From the NCBI RefSeq assembly GCF_009914755.1, contig NC_060936.1: DNA of 64,000 bases; one strand, given 5' to 3'. Of this stretch, positions 44,793-57,213 are shown piece after piece (the first letter of the stretch is position 1; each line of letters begins with the position of its first letter). The notes below the pieces were generated by a model. The model was not told the origin of the DNA. It made no database searches and saw only the letters and a list, made by a program, of their open reading frames with translations. Both the position numbers and the translations under genes were made by a program. This stretch comes from the human T2T-CHM13v2.0 reference genome, Homo sapiens.

Positions 44793-46389
44793 GGATTTAT
44801 CTACCTTTGGTCTTTGAAGTTGGTGACCTTCACATGGGGTCTCTGAGTAGACATCCTTTTTGTTGATGTTGATACTATTTCTTTCTGTTTGTTAGTTTTC
44901 CTTCTAACAGTCAGGCCCCTCTGCTGCAGGTCTGCTGGATTTTGCTGGAGGTCCACTTCTGACCCTATTTGCCTGGGTATTACCGGTGAAGGCTGCAGAC
45001 CAGCAAAGAGTGCTGCCTGTTCCTTCCTCTGGAAGCTTCATCCAAGAGTGGCACCCACCAGATGCCAGTTAGAGCTCCCCTGTATGAGGTGTCTGTTGGC
45101 CCCTACTTGGAGGTGTCTCCTAATCAGGATACCTGGGGGTCAGGGACACACTTGAGGAGGCAGTCTGTCCCTTATCAGAGCTTGAACACTGTTGGTAGAT
45201 CTGCTGCTCTCTTCAGAGCTGCCAGGTAGGGACGTTTAAGTCTGCTGAAGCTAAACACACACAACTGCCCCTTCCCCCAGGTGTTCTGTCCCAGGGAGGT
45301 GGGGGTTATATCTGTAAGTCCCTGACTGGGGCTGCTGCCTTTTTTTCAGAGATGTCCTGCCCAGAGAGGGGACAGTCTGGCCACAGCGGCCTTGCTGAGC
45401 TGGGGTTGGCTCCGGCCAGATCGAACTTCCCTGCAGCTTTGTTTACACTGTGAGGGTGAAACTGCCTACTTAAGCCTCAGCAATGGTGGACGCCCCTCCC
45501 CCCACCATGCTCGAGCATCCCAGGTTGAGTTTAGACTGCTCCTGTGCTGGCAGTGAGAATTTCAAGCCAGTGGATCTTAGGTTGCTGGGTTCTGTGGGGC
45601 ACTGAGCCAGACTACTTGACTCCCTGGCTTCAGCCTCCTTTGCAGGGCAGTGAACAGTCTGTCTCACTGGCGTTCCAGGCGCCATGGGGGTATAAAAAAA
45701 AAAACTCCTGTGGCTAGCTTGGTCTCTGCCCAAAGGGCCGCCTAGTTTTGTGCTGGGAACCCAGGGCCTTGGTGGTGTAGGCACAAGAAGGAATATCCTG
45801 TTCTGCAAGTTGCAAGGACCGTGGGGAAAGTGCAGTATCTGGGCTGGAGTGCACGGTACAGTCCCTAATGGCTTTCCCTGGCTGGGAGACTGAGCTCCCC
45901 AACCGCTTGCACTTCTCAGGTGAGGCAACACCCCAGCCTGCTTCAGCTTGCCTTCCTTGGGCTGCACCCGCTGTCCAACCCGTCCCAGTGAGATGAACCA
46001 GGTACCTCAATTGGAAATGCAGAAATCACCCGCCTTCTGTGTCAATCTCACTGGGAGCTGCAGACGCAAGCTGTTCCTATTCGGCCATCTTGCCAGCAAT
46101 CCCCATTAATGTTTTTAAAAATGATGGTTAAATACCTGTCACATACAATAGCAGCTGAGAATATCTAAAATATGAAAATGTATAGTGCTCTTTGGTTAAA
46201 CACTTTTTCATAAAAAGTCAAAATTTTGCTGCACATAAGCTTAGCTATTGTTTGGACAAATATTATGCTCTCTCCTTTTTTTACAAAGGAAAGAGGATCA
46301 AAGAAATTGCTTGGCGAGAATGACATATCTAGTAAGTCCAAAACCCATGTTCTTTCCAAAATACAACACTAAAAACCTCATAAAATGGC

Positions 46390-47700
46390 ACTTCAAAATT
46401 TGCATTGTCACAATTATGGAAGGTTAAAAATCTAGAAATGAATCCGAGTAGACATAAAAATTTAGTATATGATAAAAGAGGCATTTCATACCAGTGGAAA
46501 GGGGATGGATGATTTCATAAGTGATCTTGAACACTGTTAAATCATCTGAAAAAACAAGTTTCTTTCTCACATCAAAATAAATTCTAGATAGACCAATAAT
46601 TTAAATGTAAAAGGAGAAATCCTGAAAGAACTACAGCAAAATATAGGTAGTTATTTCTATACCTCTGATATGAAAATGATTTACTAAATATTACAACAAA
46701 ATAGAAATCATAAGAGCAGCAAGTGATACATGTGATTACATGAAATACAAAAATTTCTTTAAGACAAATTATTATATACGAAATTAATACAAACAACACA
46801 CATGAGAAACATATGCATGCTATGCCACAAAGCATTATTATTAATATATAAATATTTCTTACATATCAATAAGAGGTGAACACTCTAAAAGAATAATGAA
46901 AATGTCTTAAATAGAAAATTCACAAAAATAAGAAAAAGAAATAACCAATAAACATAAGAAGAAATGCAATCTTACTATCACAGGGATTAACTAAGCTACA
47001 AGTTAGTATATGTCCAAATCCAGGATTAACTACAAGTTAAAAGATTTAAACAAGGGTAAATTACTTAGTTTAACATTTCAAACTATGAAAAAGTCTCTGT
47101 TCCTCATTTTCCTTGCCTTTGATATAATGGTATTAAGAGGAATTATGTCAGAATATTTCATACTGTTATTGTGAGGATTAAATTCTGTAATTCATTTTAA
47201 ATGCCCTAAAATGTGTTTTTCTCGCATATAGTAAGTGCTGAAGAATTTTTAGGTAAACAATGAGAATTCATCTTTCACTTCTCATATTGTAAAAAACTTG
47301 TACACATCATAATACTTCTAATAAGCCATGAAGAATTAGACCCTGATATACACAGCTAAGTGAGTGCAAATTGATGGAGTCTTTCAAAAGGACAAAATAT
47401 ATCAAGCCTTAAATATATATATATTTAAGATAATATATATCAAGACATATATATATTAAGATATATATATATCTTTCTCAAAATATATTAAGTTCTGAGC
47501 AAATAACTAACATTTATCAAATGTGTTATTTTCATTAGAGAAAAGTTAAATAATCAACAATCTGAAGATGGTTAAATAAATTATGATATATCTTTAAAAA
47601 TATGTGTATTACATATATGTGTGTGATATATATGTATATATAGTATATTTAGCACTATCTACATATTTGTACATATAATGTTTTATGTGAAAATAAGGTA
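46390..47700 (+). mobile_element. Old L1ME-like fragments with embedded MIR (~47055-47250) and TA-rich tracts
   Basis: atgataaaagaggcatttc...aaaataaattctagatagacc...tttaaatgtaaaa. MIR-like ctctgttcctcattttcc...ttattgtgaggattaaat. Confidence 0.55.
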
Positions 47701-48399
47701 TAAAAGTATGATCAGATTTCAAGCAGGTAATATATATAACATGTATACACAGGTTATTACTGAACACAGCCATGGCAGATGATTTGAAATTTCTTTCTTA
47801 ACTATAGTCTCCAAAGTTTTATAGTGATTAGTTTCATAATAAGAACAACAATAAGAAAAGTGTGGCATTGTTGTTATTGTTGCTTTCCTTAAAAGGACAA
47901 AGAGGGAGTGGGAAATAGAAAAATATTGCAATAAGCATTTAGGAGAAGTTGGTTTTAGATATCCATATGGTTCAGATTCTAACACGGTAAATGGGGACAT
48001 TATCTCTAGGATATGCAACTCATTTAAGTAATGAGTGCCAACCCAAATCTTGCTAATGTATTTATAACAAAATAGATTGAGTGTTTCTTAAAACCATGGC
48101 AAAGGCTGTTAATATACTAGGCTAAGTCAAAAGCTAACTTGTTGACTTTCCCATCGACATCATATAAACCTTAGCAAATCAATCATCTAAATGCATATAA
48201 ATAAGCAATTCACATGGATAATAGGAACATTGCATTTGGTTTTCTAAAATATATTTATTGGGCATCTAATTTCACACCAGTCCTATACTATACCCTGGGG
48301 AAACTGACCCTGCTGTAGCAAACTGCTCACTCAGGTTGGGGAGAGAGACATTTAACAAACACTCACTGTCAGATGGGAGGGGAAGTGTGGCATGCTGCT

Positions 48400-50880
48400 A
48401 CTCAACAGATATTTACTAACTGCCTACTATGTGTGAGGTGCTGCTGCACACGCTGAGGATACTGCCATGAACGCCGCTATTGAATATCCCTTCCCTTACA
48501 GAGCTTACATGCTAGTGAAGGAAGAGAGAAAATCAAACAAATAAAATACAAGGTAGGTGAAATGGTGGTAAATTCTAAGAAAAAAAAAACAACTGGAAGG
48601 TGGGTGGTGAATCATGAGCAACCGGAATTAGGTAAAGAATCATGGAAGCCTGCCAGAAAAGGTAACATTTGATGAAGACCTACTGGAGTGAAGAGGGTGA
48701 GCCATATGGTATTTAGAGGAGGATTATTCTGGAAGAGGGAAAGGAAGGGGAAGAAGGAGAGATAAGCAGAAGAGAGGGCCCAGCATGGCAAGTCTAACAC
48801 TTTCCTTGAACAGTAAGTAGTCCACATGGTTGGAGGCAGTGAGGAAGGAGACAATACAGCAGGTGATGCTGTCAAAGAGATGAACAGTAATTCAGATCCT
48901 ATGCAATCTGGCAGACCAATGTAATGGTCTTTGTGTTTTACTCTGAATTCATGGCAGTGTTCCAAGGATAGGAATCACATGATCTCTATGTTATAATAGG
49001 ATCACTCTGGTAGTTTTATTGAGAATAGATTGAAGGAATGCAAATATAGAATTAGGGATACCAACTATAAGTATATTGTACTTGTGCAGGTGATGATGCA
49101 GGTAGCTTGGAATGGGTCAGTGGCAAGGTATGAGGTGAGAGGTTGCTGGATTCTGGATATAATTTGAAAGCAGAGTCAACATAATTTGCTGATGCATTGA
49201 AAATAGGGTATTACAGGAAGAGAGAAGTTAAAAGTGACTTTTAAAAATATATATGAGCAAGGGAAGAATGAAATAACCATTAAAAAATAAGAAAAAGCTA
49301 CAAGAGAAGCAGCTTTCGAGAAAGAAAGATAATAAGTTCAGAATGTGAAGTTCAAGACTCCAAATAGACATCTAATGGGAGACGTCACAGAGGCAGAGGT
49401 ATAGAAGGAATCTGGGGAAGGAATTAGGGCTGGGATATAGACATGAGCGTCATCAGCATTTAGAAGTTATTTAAAGTCATTGGACAAGACAACGACTATC
49501 TTAAAGAGGGGCTATCAATAGAGATAAGAAGAGGTTCAAGACTAAGCCCCAGGACTCCAATGTTAAGAGACTGGGAATATAAGAAGGAATCACTAAAGGA
49601 GAGTGAGAAGGAGAATTTCTTACAATAGAAAGAAAACCAGTAAAATATCCTGGAAGCCACAAGAATAAACTGTTCTAAAGAAGCACAATGGATCAAGTGT
49701 AAAATGCTGTTGGTAGGTCAAGTAGAGGGAAGATTGAGAAATGACCATTAGATTCAGAAACATGGAAGTTATAAGTGACGAGGACAGAAGCAATTTTAGA
49801 GAAGAGGTGGGGGTACACTCATGAAAGGAAAGGAAGCCAAGAGTTAGATACAACTCTTCCAACAGTCTTGCAGTTTGAAAAATAGAAAAAGGAAAAAAAT
49901 GGAGCAGATGAAGAAAGAAGTAAAATCCAGGTGGTGTCCAGATTTTTATTTTTAATGTGAAATAAATAACAATGGTCTGTATCTTTATAGGAAAAATTCA
50001 GAACACAGAAAAAGATAGATGATGCGAGAGGGGAGATTATTGGAGCAGTGTGCTTGAGTAAGCAATGGAGGACCCAGTGCACAGGTAGAGGGTGTCTTAG
50101 CGTGTGTTCTTACTAAAACAAAGGCTTATGTGTTAACATTTTATCATGAGGGTGAAATCCCACCCAAGGAAGCAGAAGTGAGCATAAAAGGAGTGTTGTC
50201 TGAAAGAAAAAAAAATCAAATATAAGAGAATATGTAGGATCTGACAATAGCTTTATGACAAACGAATTGCTTAATCTTGCAAGACATCTTCAGAGATACT
50301 ATATCGGAGAAGTTAGTGAATTCCCAAAGAATCCATCTAAGGGGGAGACAGGGAGAAGAATTCGTTCAATTGTTCATGCCTCCCATATGTCAAAGTTGCC
50401 TCAACGAGGGAAGATGAGGGGTGGGAGGCAAGAGGTGTGCGTCCCTAGCAAGGAGTAAGGAAGCTGCCATTGAGTTATGCTTATGAATGACTGAAGACTT
50501 GAAGCAGCTCCCAGAGTACGCGCCTTGTCTGGTGGCAGCAGCAGTATGAACCTAGCTTTTTAATGGTGTAAACTGTCATTGCTGCTCCAGGCAGAGAAAA
50601 AGGAAAGTACACTGATCTGTGGTGATACATAAACCGTAAACAGTACAATAGGTTCAAACCTTTGGTTGGAGAATTGATAGTTCATCCAAGAGATGAACTA
50701 AGAGAGATGCCAAGTTATTTGGGCATAGATGGAGGTAGGTGGGTAATAGTGGGACTTGTAAAAATGCACTTCTGTTTGCCTCTATTTATCAATAAAATTA
50801 TCTGAGAATGAGAAGAGGGGATGAGGAGGTTTTAGAGGCTTGTGAAGAGGGGAGATTAAAATAGTAATGTAGGAGTATTG
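48400..50880 (-). mobile_element. Long L2a-like fragment interrupted by an old ERVL-type LTR (~50093-50645)
   Basis: ctcaacagatatttactaactgcctactatgtg...gtcatcagcatttaga...ccaggactccaatgttaagag...gaaatgaccattagattcagaaacatggaag. L2 resumes at agttcatcc ~50679. Confidence 0.75.
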
Positions 50881-52169
50881 GGGTACTTGTTTAGAGAGTC
50901 TGCCACTGCTTCCTGGGGAAGGGAATCTTGAAACTGAGACCTTAAGAATAAGCTGTAGTTATTCTAAAGAATAGAGGATTTATCTTCTGGAAAAGGGAAT
51001 ATAGTATGTGCTATAAGACCTGAAGACTGGGAAAAGCATAGCACATTTGAATCTGAATATTGTTGAGTCCAGTGCATGATGAGAAGAGTAGGTTGGGATT
51101 ATAGAAATAGATGGGTAGAAGATTTGTTTTTCAGGTCTTATATTTCCAGGAATTGTATAGATAATATCTATGCCAGGAAATAAAAATTAAAAATATACTA
51201 AATCAACCAAAATACATTCAATTTTAAAATAGCTTATTATTCTTAATTACTTTTGATTAAGCAGGAGTTTGGTCTTTTCTGATGACATGGATAATAAAAA
51301 TATCTGGTGAATTAGTTATTGAAGCACAAGTCAAGAGAAGAAATGCATGTCTACTTGGAAATTTCAGATACACTGGAAATTACTGATTTCCCTAATGAAA
51401 GTCACAATTAGCTTCATGAACAGTAAGCATAAGTGCAATTCACAAATATGAAAAGTATTCATCATTTCACACATAACAGACTATATTATCCTCAGCTTCT
51501 CGGTAATATAGCTTTATAGCTATTACATTGGAGAGGAATTTAATGATGTACTTATGATATTTAGTATCTTTAGTAGAAGCATACTAAGAACGTACTCAGA
51601 ATTGCACAAACACACACCTATGCACAAACATATACATTCATAATTTTGCAAAGAAGCTAGATAAAATGTGAAATGCAAGAACATAAAAATAAAACCAATG
51701 ACTATCTTGGCAATAAGAGTTCTTTCTCTCTACTTAGGCATCTCTCTGAAAATAAGAGTATGCATTAGCATCAATTTGGATAGTAATATGTTTCAATACT
51801 TACATCTCTAGGAGGTTTTTATTCTTCTCATAAATACTCAAAATATACTTGGACATAATGGCATCTAAAACTATAGAGAATTAAGGGCAAATTTGACGGA
51901 GTAATAATTCTCTATTTAAAAAGGTAACATGGGGTATATTCAAATTTTAGGACTTCATATAAACTTGCTAATATTTCTGTATTTATCTCACATGTCCTAA
52001 AATATATCTCTGAGGACAACCCTTTGATTTTATTCATTCTTCAATGTAGTATCAGTGTGTCTACTATGTTTTTAGAGTTATGTTAAAAGTTGTAGAGAAT
52101 ACAAAATACATCTCCTTGGGGAGATGCCCAGAAAATGCTTGTGAGAACTTCAGCTTTCCCTTTATCCCC

Positions 52170-52900
52170 CATTCAAATAAGGTAATCGGCTAGGCTTCTC
52201 TAACTGGAAGGGGAGTCTGCTAGAGTGCTTCCATCATTAGCCATTAAAATACAACGGAAAATTTAAGTCACCACATGCATGACATGCTGTGAAACAGGAA
52301 GGGGGCTGAAGTGGCTGTGGCGTGCCTCCATTAATTACTCCCATGGAACTGAGCACATGTCTAGCCAGGGTCTTTTACTATTTTCCAAATAATGAGTACT
52401 CTAATGGCTTCAGCTGGAGCAGCCCGTGCTCATTCCCATACTTGGCAGCCAGTGTTCTTTCCTTTCTTCCTTCCCTCTATTCTCCACACACACATTCTCC
52501 CCCCTTCCTCCCTCCCTTTTTTTTGGTCTAAATTTGATGAAGGTCTGGTTTTTACTTCCTGAAAGCTTAAGTGGTTGAATTAAATCCCAACTTACTTTGG
52601 TCAATCATCTAGGGAGCTCTTTAGGAATTGGGGAAACATTTTATTTATGACTCAGCTTTCCACCTGTGCTGACATGGCATGGAATTTACAGCTATTATTG
52701 AAAGCGTTATAACCAGCACCTCAGAAATTCCACATTCTCTTGAGCTGCATTATTATGGAACATTTGTCAGGCAGCCAATTGCTGTGTCAGCCCCTAATTG
52801 ATTTATATTAGCATCTGTAGCAATGAAGTGGGGTGAGGGAGGGGGTGAACCTGGGCCCACTTTAGACTACCTAATTGCCCAGTTACCTGTGGACATGAGA
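52170..52900. promoter_or_regulatory. Candidate conserved enhancer (non-repeat, TF-motif-dense)
   Basis: TGACTCA 52648-52654, CACCTG 52661-52666, TGACA 52670-52674, TGTCAG 52765-52770 and 52785-52790, TAATTGATTTAT 52795-52806. Function is inference only. Confidence 0.35.
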
Positions 52901-53863
52901 GATTTGCAAAAGAATTGAACATATAGACCATATTTTTCTTTTTATTTTTATGCAATGTGTTTAACATTATACATGTTAATAAAGCCAGTATAAACTTTTA
53001 TTACTCTGTGAAAAGTCCAGTGAGCTTAGCTTCTCCTTGCCATTATCACTTAACTATAAAAAACACCTGGCTCTAAAAGGTGGGCTTCATTTTTCCCTTG
53101 AGGGGGCATAAAAAAAAAACTTCACAATTTTTTCTTCTCACAACCTTATTTACACAAAAAAAGTAGTTAGCTTTAATAGTTCTTTTTTACATTTAGGCCT
53201 CACTCCTCCTGCATTAGAAATATACATTACTCATTTAGAAACACCTGGTCTGAGGTTGAGTCCAAGTGGAAGGAGCCTGAAGAAATCGGCAAAAGGGAGG
53301 TCATGGTGAGAATGCACAAGAGACGCATTCACTATAATTTTGGTTCTTGGTACAAATGGTTATATGCAAGAGTTCCCAAATAGTAGTGAAACTCCTAGAA
53401 TGTCTTGGCAAACATGATTTTACCTGTTGGCATCTTTGGTGAACACCGTGATCCCTGCCACTTCCTAATGTATTATATCTGGCCTTGCCAGATGGCTGCC
53501 AGTCAGAACCACTCACTTCTTCTGGCTTCTGGACACTGTCTCTGCTACTCTTTGGGACCACATTGAGATAGTGGTAGAGATGAGCAGGAATCTATCCCTT
53601 CATCTTATTAATCTTTGCCTCCTTAAAAGCCTGCCTTTCCTTCCCCTACAGAATATGACAGTACATTTCTATGCATAAATACTCAATGAACCTTTGTTAA
53701 ATTATCTATAGCCAACTCCACTCTGTAGCAATTCCATAAAAACTCCTAGAAAATGAAGTCTTTAGAGATCATTTTCTCATTTTTCTTGGTCTCTATGTTG
53801 AAATGCAGCGACAGTGTTCTAGAGAGCAGGTTACGTTACCTATTCTGAAGAGCCTCTGGAAGC

Positions 53864-53903
53864 TACAAAGCGAAGCTTTATTCGAATAAAGCTTCTCTTT
53901 GTA
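53864..53903. repeat. 40-bp near-perfect palindrome (24-bp perfect core)
   Basis: tacaaagc-gaagctttattc|gaataaagcttc-tctttgta. One mismatched pair (53871/53896). Confidence 0.95.
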
Positions 53904-54439
53904 ACCAACTTTCGGTGCTCTTTCTTCAGTAGAGGCTCATTGCTGACCCCAAGAACAGTTAAGGGACTTGCCCTAGGATCATTCAAAAAATACCAGCTCA
54001 ACCACAATAAGAACATGGGAATCCAGCTTCCCCTGTGGGATCCTGGGTGCTTACACCCATTCTTTACAGAGCACTGTACAGTTTTCTGAGTGCTTTGGTA
54101 TGTCATTTCCCTTGATCTCCACAACTTTCCCATGACAAAGACTATACTTTTTTCAATAACCACATTTCGTAAGTGAGGAAATAAAAAATAATTTCCAGAA
54201 GCACTCAAAGTATAGTTTCAAGTTAGACCCAACTCTTTGATCTCTAATGTATGATCATAAGTATAGCTTTTCCTTTAAATCTATAATATCAGAGTGAGAT
54301 AAGTGAGGTAAGTGTAGGAGTAGGTCTCATTGTTCCAGAACAAATATAGTATTTGCTCTAGATTTTCACGGGCAAAAATAAAACCATGTTTCCTATTTGC
54401 CCCATGTTACTCAATAATAAGAGTAAAAAAAAAAGAATG

Positions 54440-54665
54440 TTAGTAGCTATCTTTATTTAATCTGGGTGCTGGGAATCATGCACTCTTGCATTACATATAA
54501 CAGTCATAGTAACCCTGAAAAGTAGGTGTTATTTCCAATTTACACATAAAATAGAGGCTTAGAAATATTAATAATTCATATATTAAGTATGGAGTTAGAG
54601 TAGAGATTGGAGTCTAGATATGTCTGACTCCTAAATCTGGGATCTCGTTATTAAACTACTGTGCC
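54440..54665 (-). mobile_element. MIR
   Basis: aaccctgaaaagtaggtgttatttccaatttacacataaaatagaggcttagaa...gtctgactcctaaatc. Confidence 0.65.
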
Positions 54666-55369
54666 ACATTAAGTTATAAACATTTGTTTTGTTTGTGTAA
54701 CATTCTCAGTGCTTGTTTCACAGTAATTAAAAAGCATTGATGAGGTCTGATATAATCATTTTTTATATCAGAAAGTTTCTCCCTTATTCTCATCCTCTTG
54801 ACATATTTTCTCTTCATTCAATAGTAAATACCCAGACATTTCTAAAAATATGGCCTCCCTGAAAATAAACTCAATTGTAAATATTAAAACATAAAATAGA
54901 TTTAGTTCATATATTTCTTTCCAACTATCCCCTCAGAAAGTCATTGAGCCTTCTTGATTGTGAAAAGGTAGATACATAATTTGACTGCTTTTACCAATAG
55001 GTATCTAACTGGTCACAAAGTAGTAACTTAATCATACAACACATCATTAGACTTAGCTTGTCATTAATCTTTACAATATGGTCAAGAGGAGTCCAGAGTT
55101 TATGAGCCATCTCGTTGTATTCTTAGAAAGCATTGCATTGGTGGGCAGGCATGATTAGTTACATCTGGCTACAGAGCGAAGACCTAATGTCTAAAGAAAA
55201 TGATATTACAGTTCACAAGCTCAAACACAATTACATAATTGAGGATTAGGAACTACAGCTTCCAGTTCCACACAAAATATCTATCATGACCTAACCTCTT
55301 AAATAGGCTTTAGTTTCACTTACTTGTAAAACATCCGAGATGCTGTGGTTGGTTCTCAATTAGCCAAGA

Positions 55370-56105
55370 TGACCACATATTTTAAGAATGATTTTCATTG
55401 ACTCCATCTTCCAAGTCTATAAACTGAGTCATGTTTTTCCCCACCCTAAGTGTAACTTTATTTAATCCTGCCCTCCTTCAAGGTACAAACTCATCTTTCA
55501 ACCTCCCTTCATTGACACACTCCTTGGTAACAGTTTACACTTGTCTTCACCTCAAAACCACTATTCAACTCACCTAGGTTCTACCACCACTGCTCTTCTG
55601 ATATTGATTTGACAGAGTCATAAGAATGCTCAAAACTAAAGACCATTCTTGGCATGCCTTCTATTGGAGTTTTCCACAGAATTGACATAGAAAGAACATG
55701 TAGGTACATTCCTAGGTTCAGGCCCTGAAATTCTCTGTTTCTCTGTCTCCTTCTCTCTGTTTCATCAGTAATTTTTAATTGTCTACCAGATCTCTCTAAC
55801 TGGCATATAAATATGCTGGGCTTTTACTTATCATCTTATAAAACAAAACCAAACAAACCTCTTTTTACCTAGTTTTTCTTTTGCAGTGACTGTTCTATTT
55901 CTTGTTCCTCTGATAGTAGAATTGAAAGGATTGTTTATTTTTTTATCTATTTTTTTCCCCTCCCACTCTCTCTTGAACCCATTGTAATCAAGCCTTGCAC
56001 CCATGAATCCATCGAAACAGTGACTATCATGGTCACAAATGATCTCCACATTATTAAGTTTACTGATAAATTGTCAGTCCTCATCTTGTTAGCCGACTTG
56101 ATATG
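55370..56105 (+). mobile_element. L2 fragments
   Basis: ctcccactctctcttgaacccattgtaatcaagc...ggtcacaaatgatctccacatt...cagtcctcatcttg. Confidence 0.6.
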
Positions 56106-56110
56106 GTCAG

Positions 56111-56140
56111 TATATTAGTCTGTTTTCATGCTGCTATAAG
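56111..56140 (-). mobile_element. End of a THE1/MST MaLR LTR, interrupted by the HERV-W insertion
   Basis: tatattagtctgttttcatgctgctataag matches the THE1/MST terminus (tgtattagtccgttttca..ctgctataaag) and stops abruptly at the LTR17 end. Confidence 0.65.
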
Positions 56141-56899
<759 letters not shown>

Positions 56900-56957
56900 G
56901 TATCCCCTCTCAACAGGAAAAACCAACGGCTGTTGGGGAGTTTGGCCAACGACCACT

Positions 56958-57191
56958 TTAACTGCCTCCTGCTGAATCGGGGCATAGTAGGGGTTGTGCA
57001 GTTGAGATTTCCTTGGGAGGGGTGCCTTCAATGTCATTAACATTGGAGCATGGGCTAGCAGGCCAGTCCAGGGGTCCACAGTAGATTTTAGTCATGGACT
57101 GCATCTGCGGCTCCATTTGAAGAACTATTTGTAGTTTTACAGCTTTGATTCTGGAAGAGACAAACTTAACAAGGAGGGTAAAGATACAGGG
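56958..57191 (-). pseudogene. env: HERV-W env remnant (end of TM anchor and cytoplasmic tail only)
   Basis: Manual translation PCIFTLLVKFVSSRIKAVKLQIVLQMEPQMQSMTKIYCGPLDWPASPCSNVNDIEGTPPKEISTAQPLLCPDSAGGS*, homologous to the syncytin-1/MSRV env tail. Confidence 0.9.
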
Positions 57192-57213
57192 ATTGAAATG
57201 TATGGCCTGCAGT

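Noticed and set aside
47408-47429. 22-bp palindrome cttaaatatatatatatttaag
   Set aside because: Mostly (TA)n, which is trivially self-complementary.
50678-50700. 9-bp stem hairpin tagttcatc-caaga-gatgaacta
   Set aside because: Short, inside a decayed L2, and plausible by chance.
53840-54208. 122-aa minus-strand ORF overlapping the palindrome
   Set aside because: No homology or domain recognised, no canonical ATG at the called start, no splice support.
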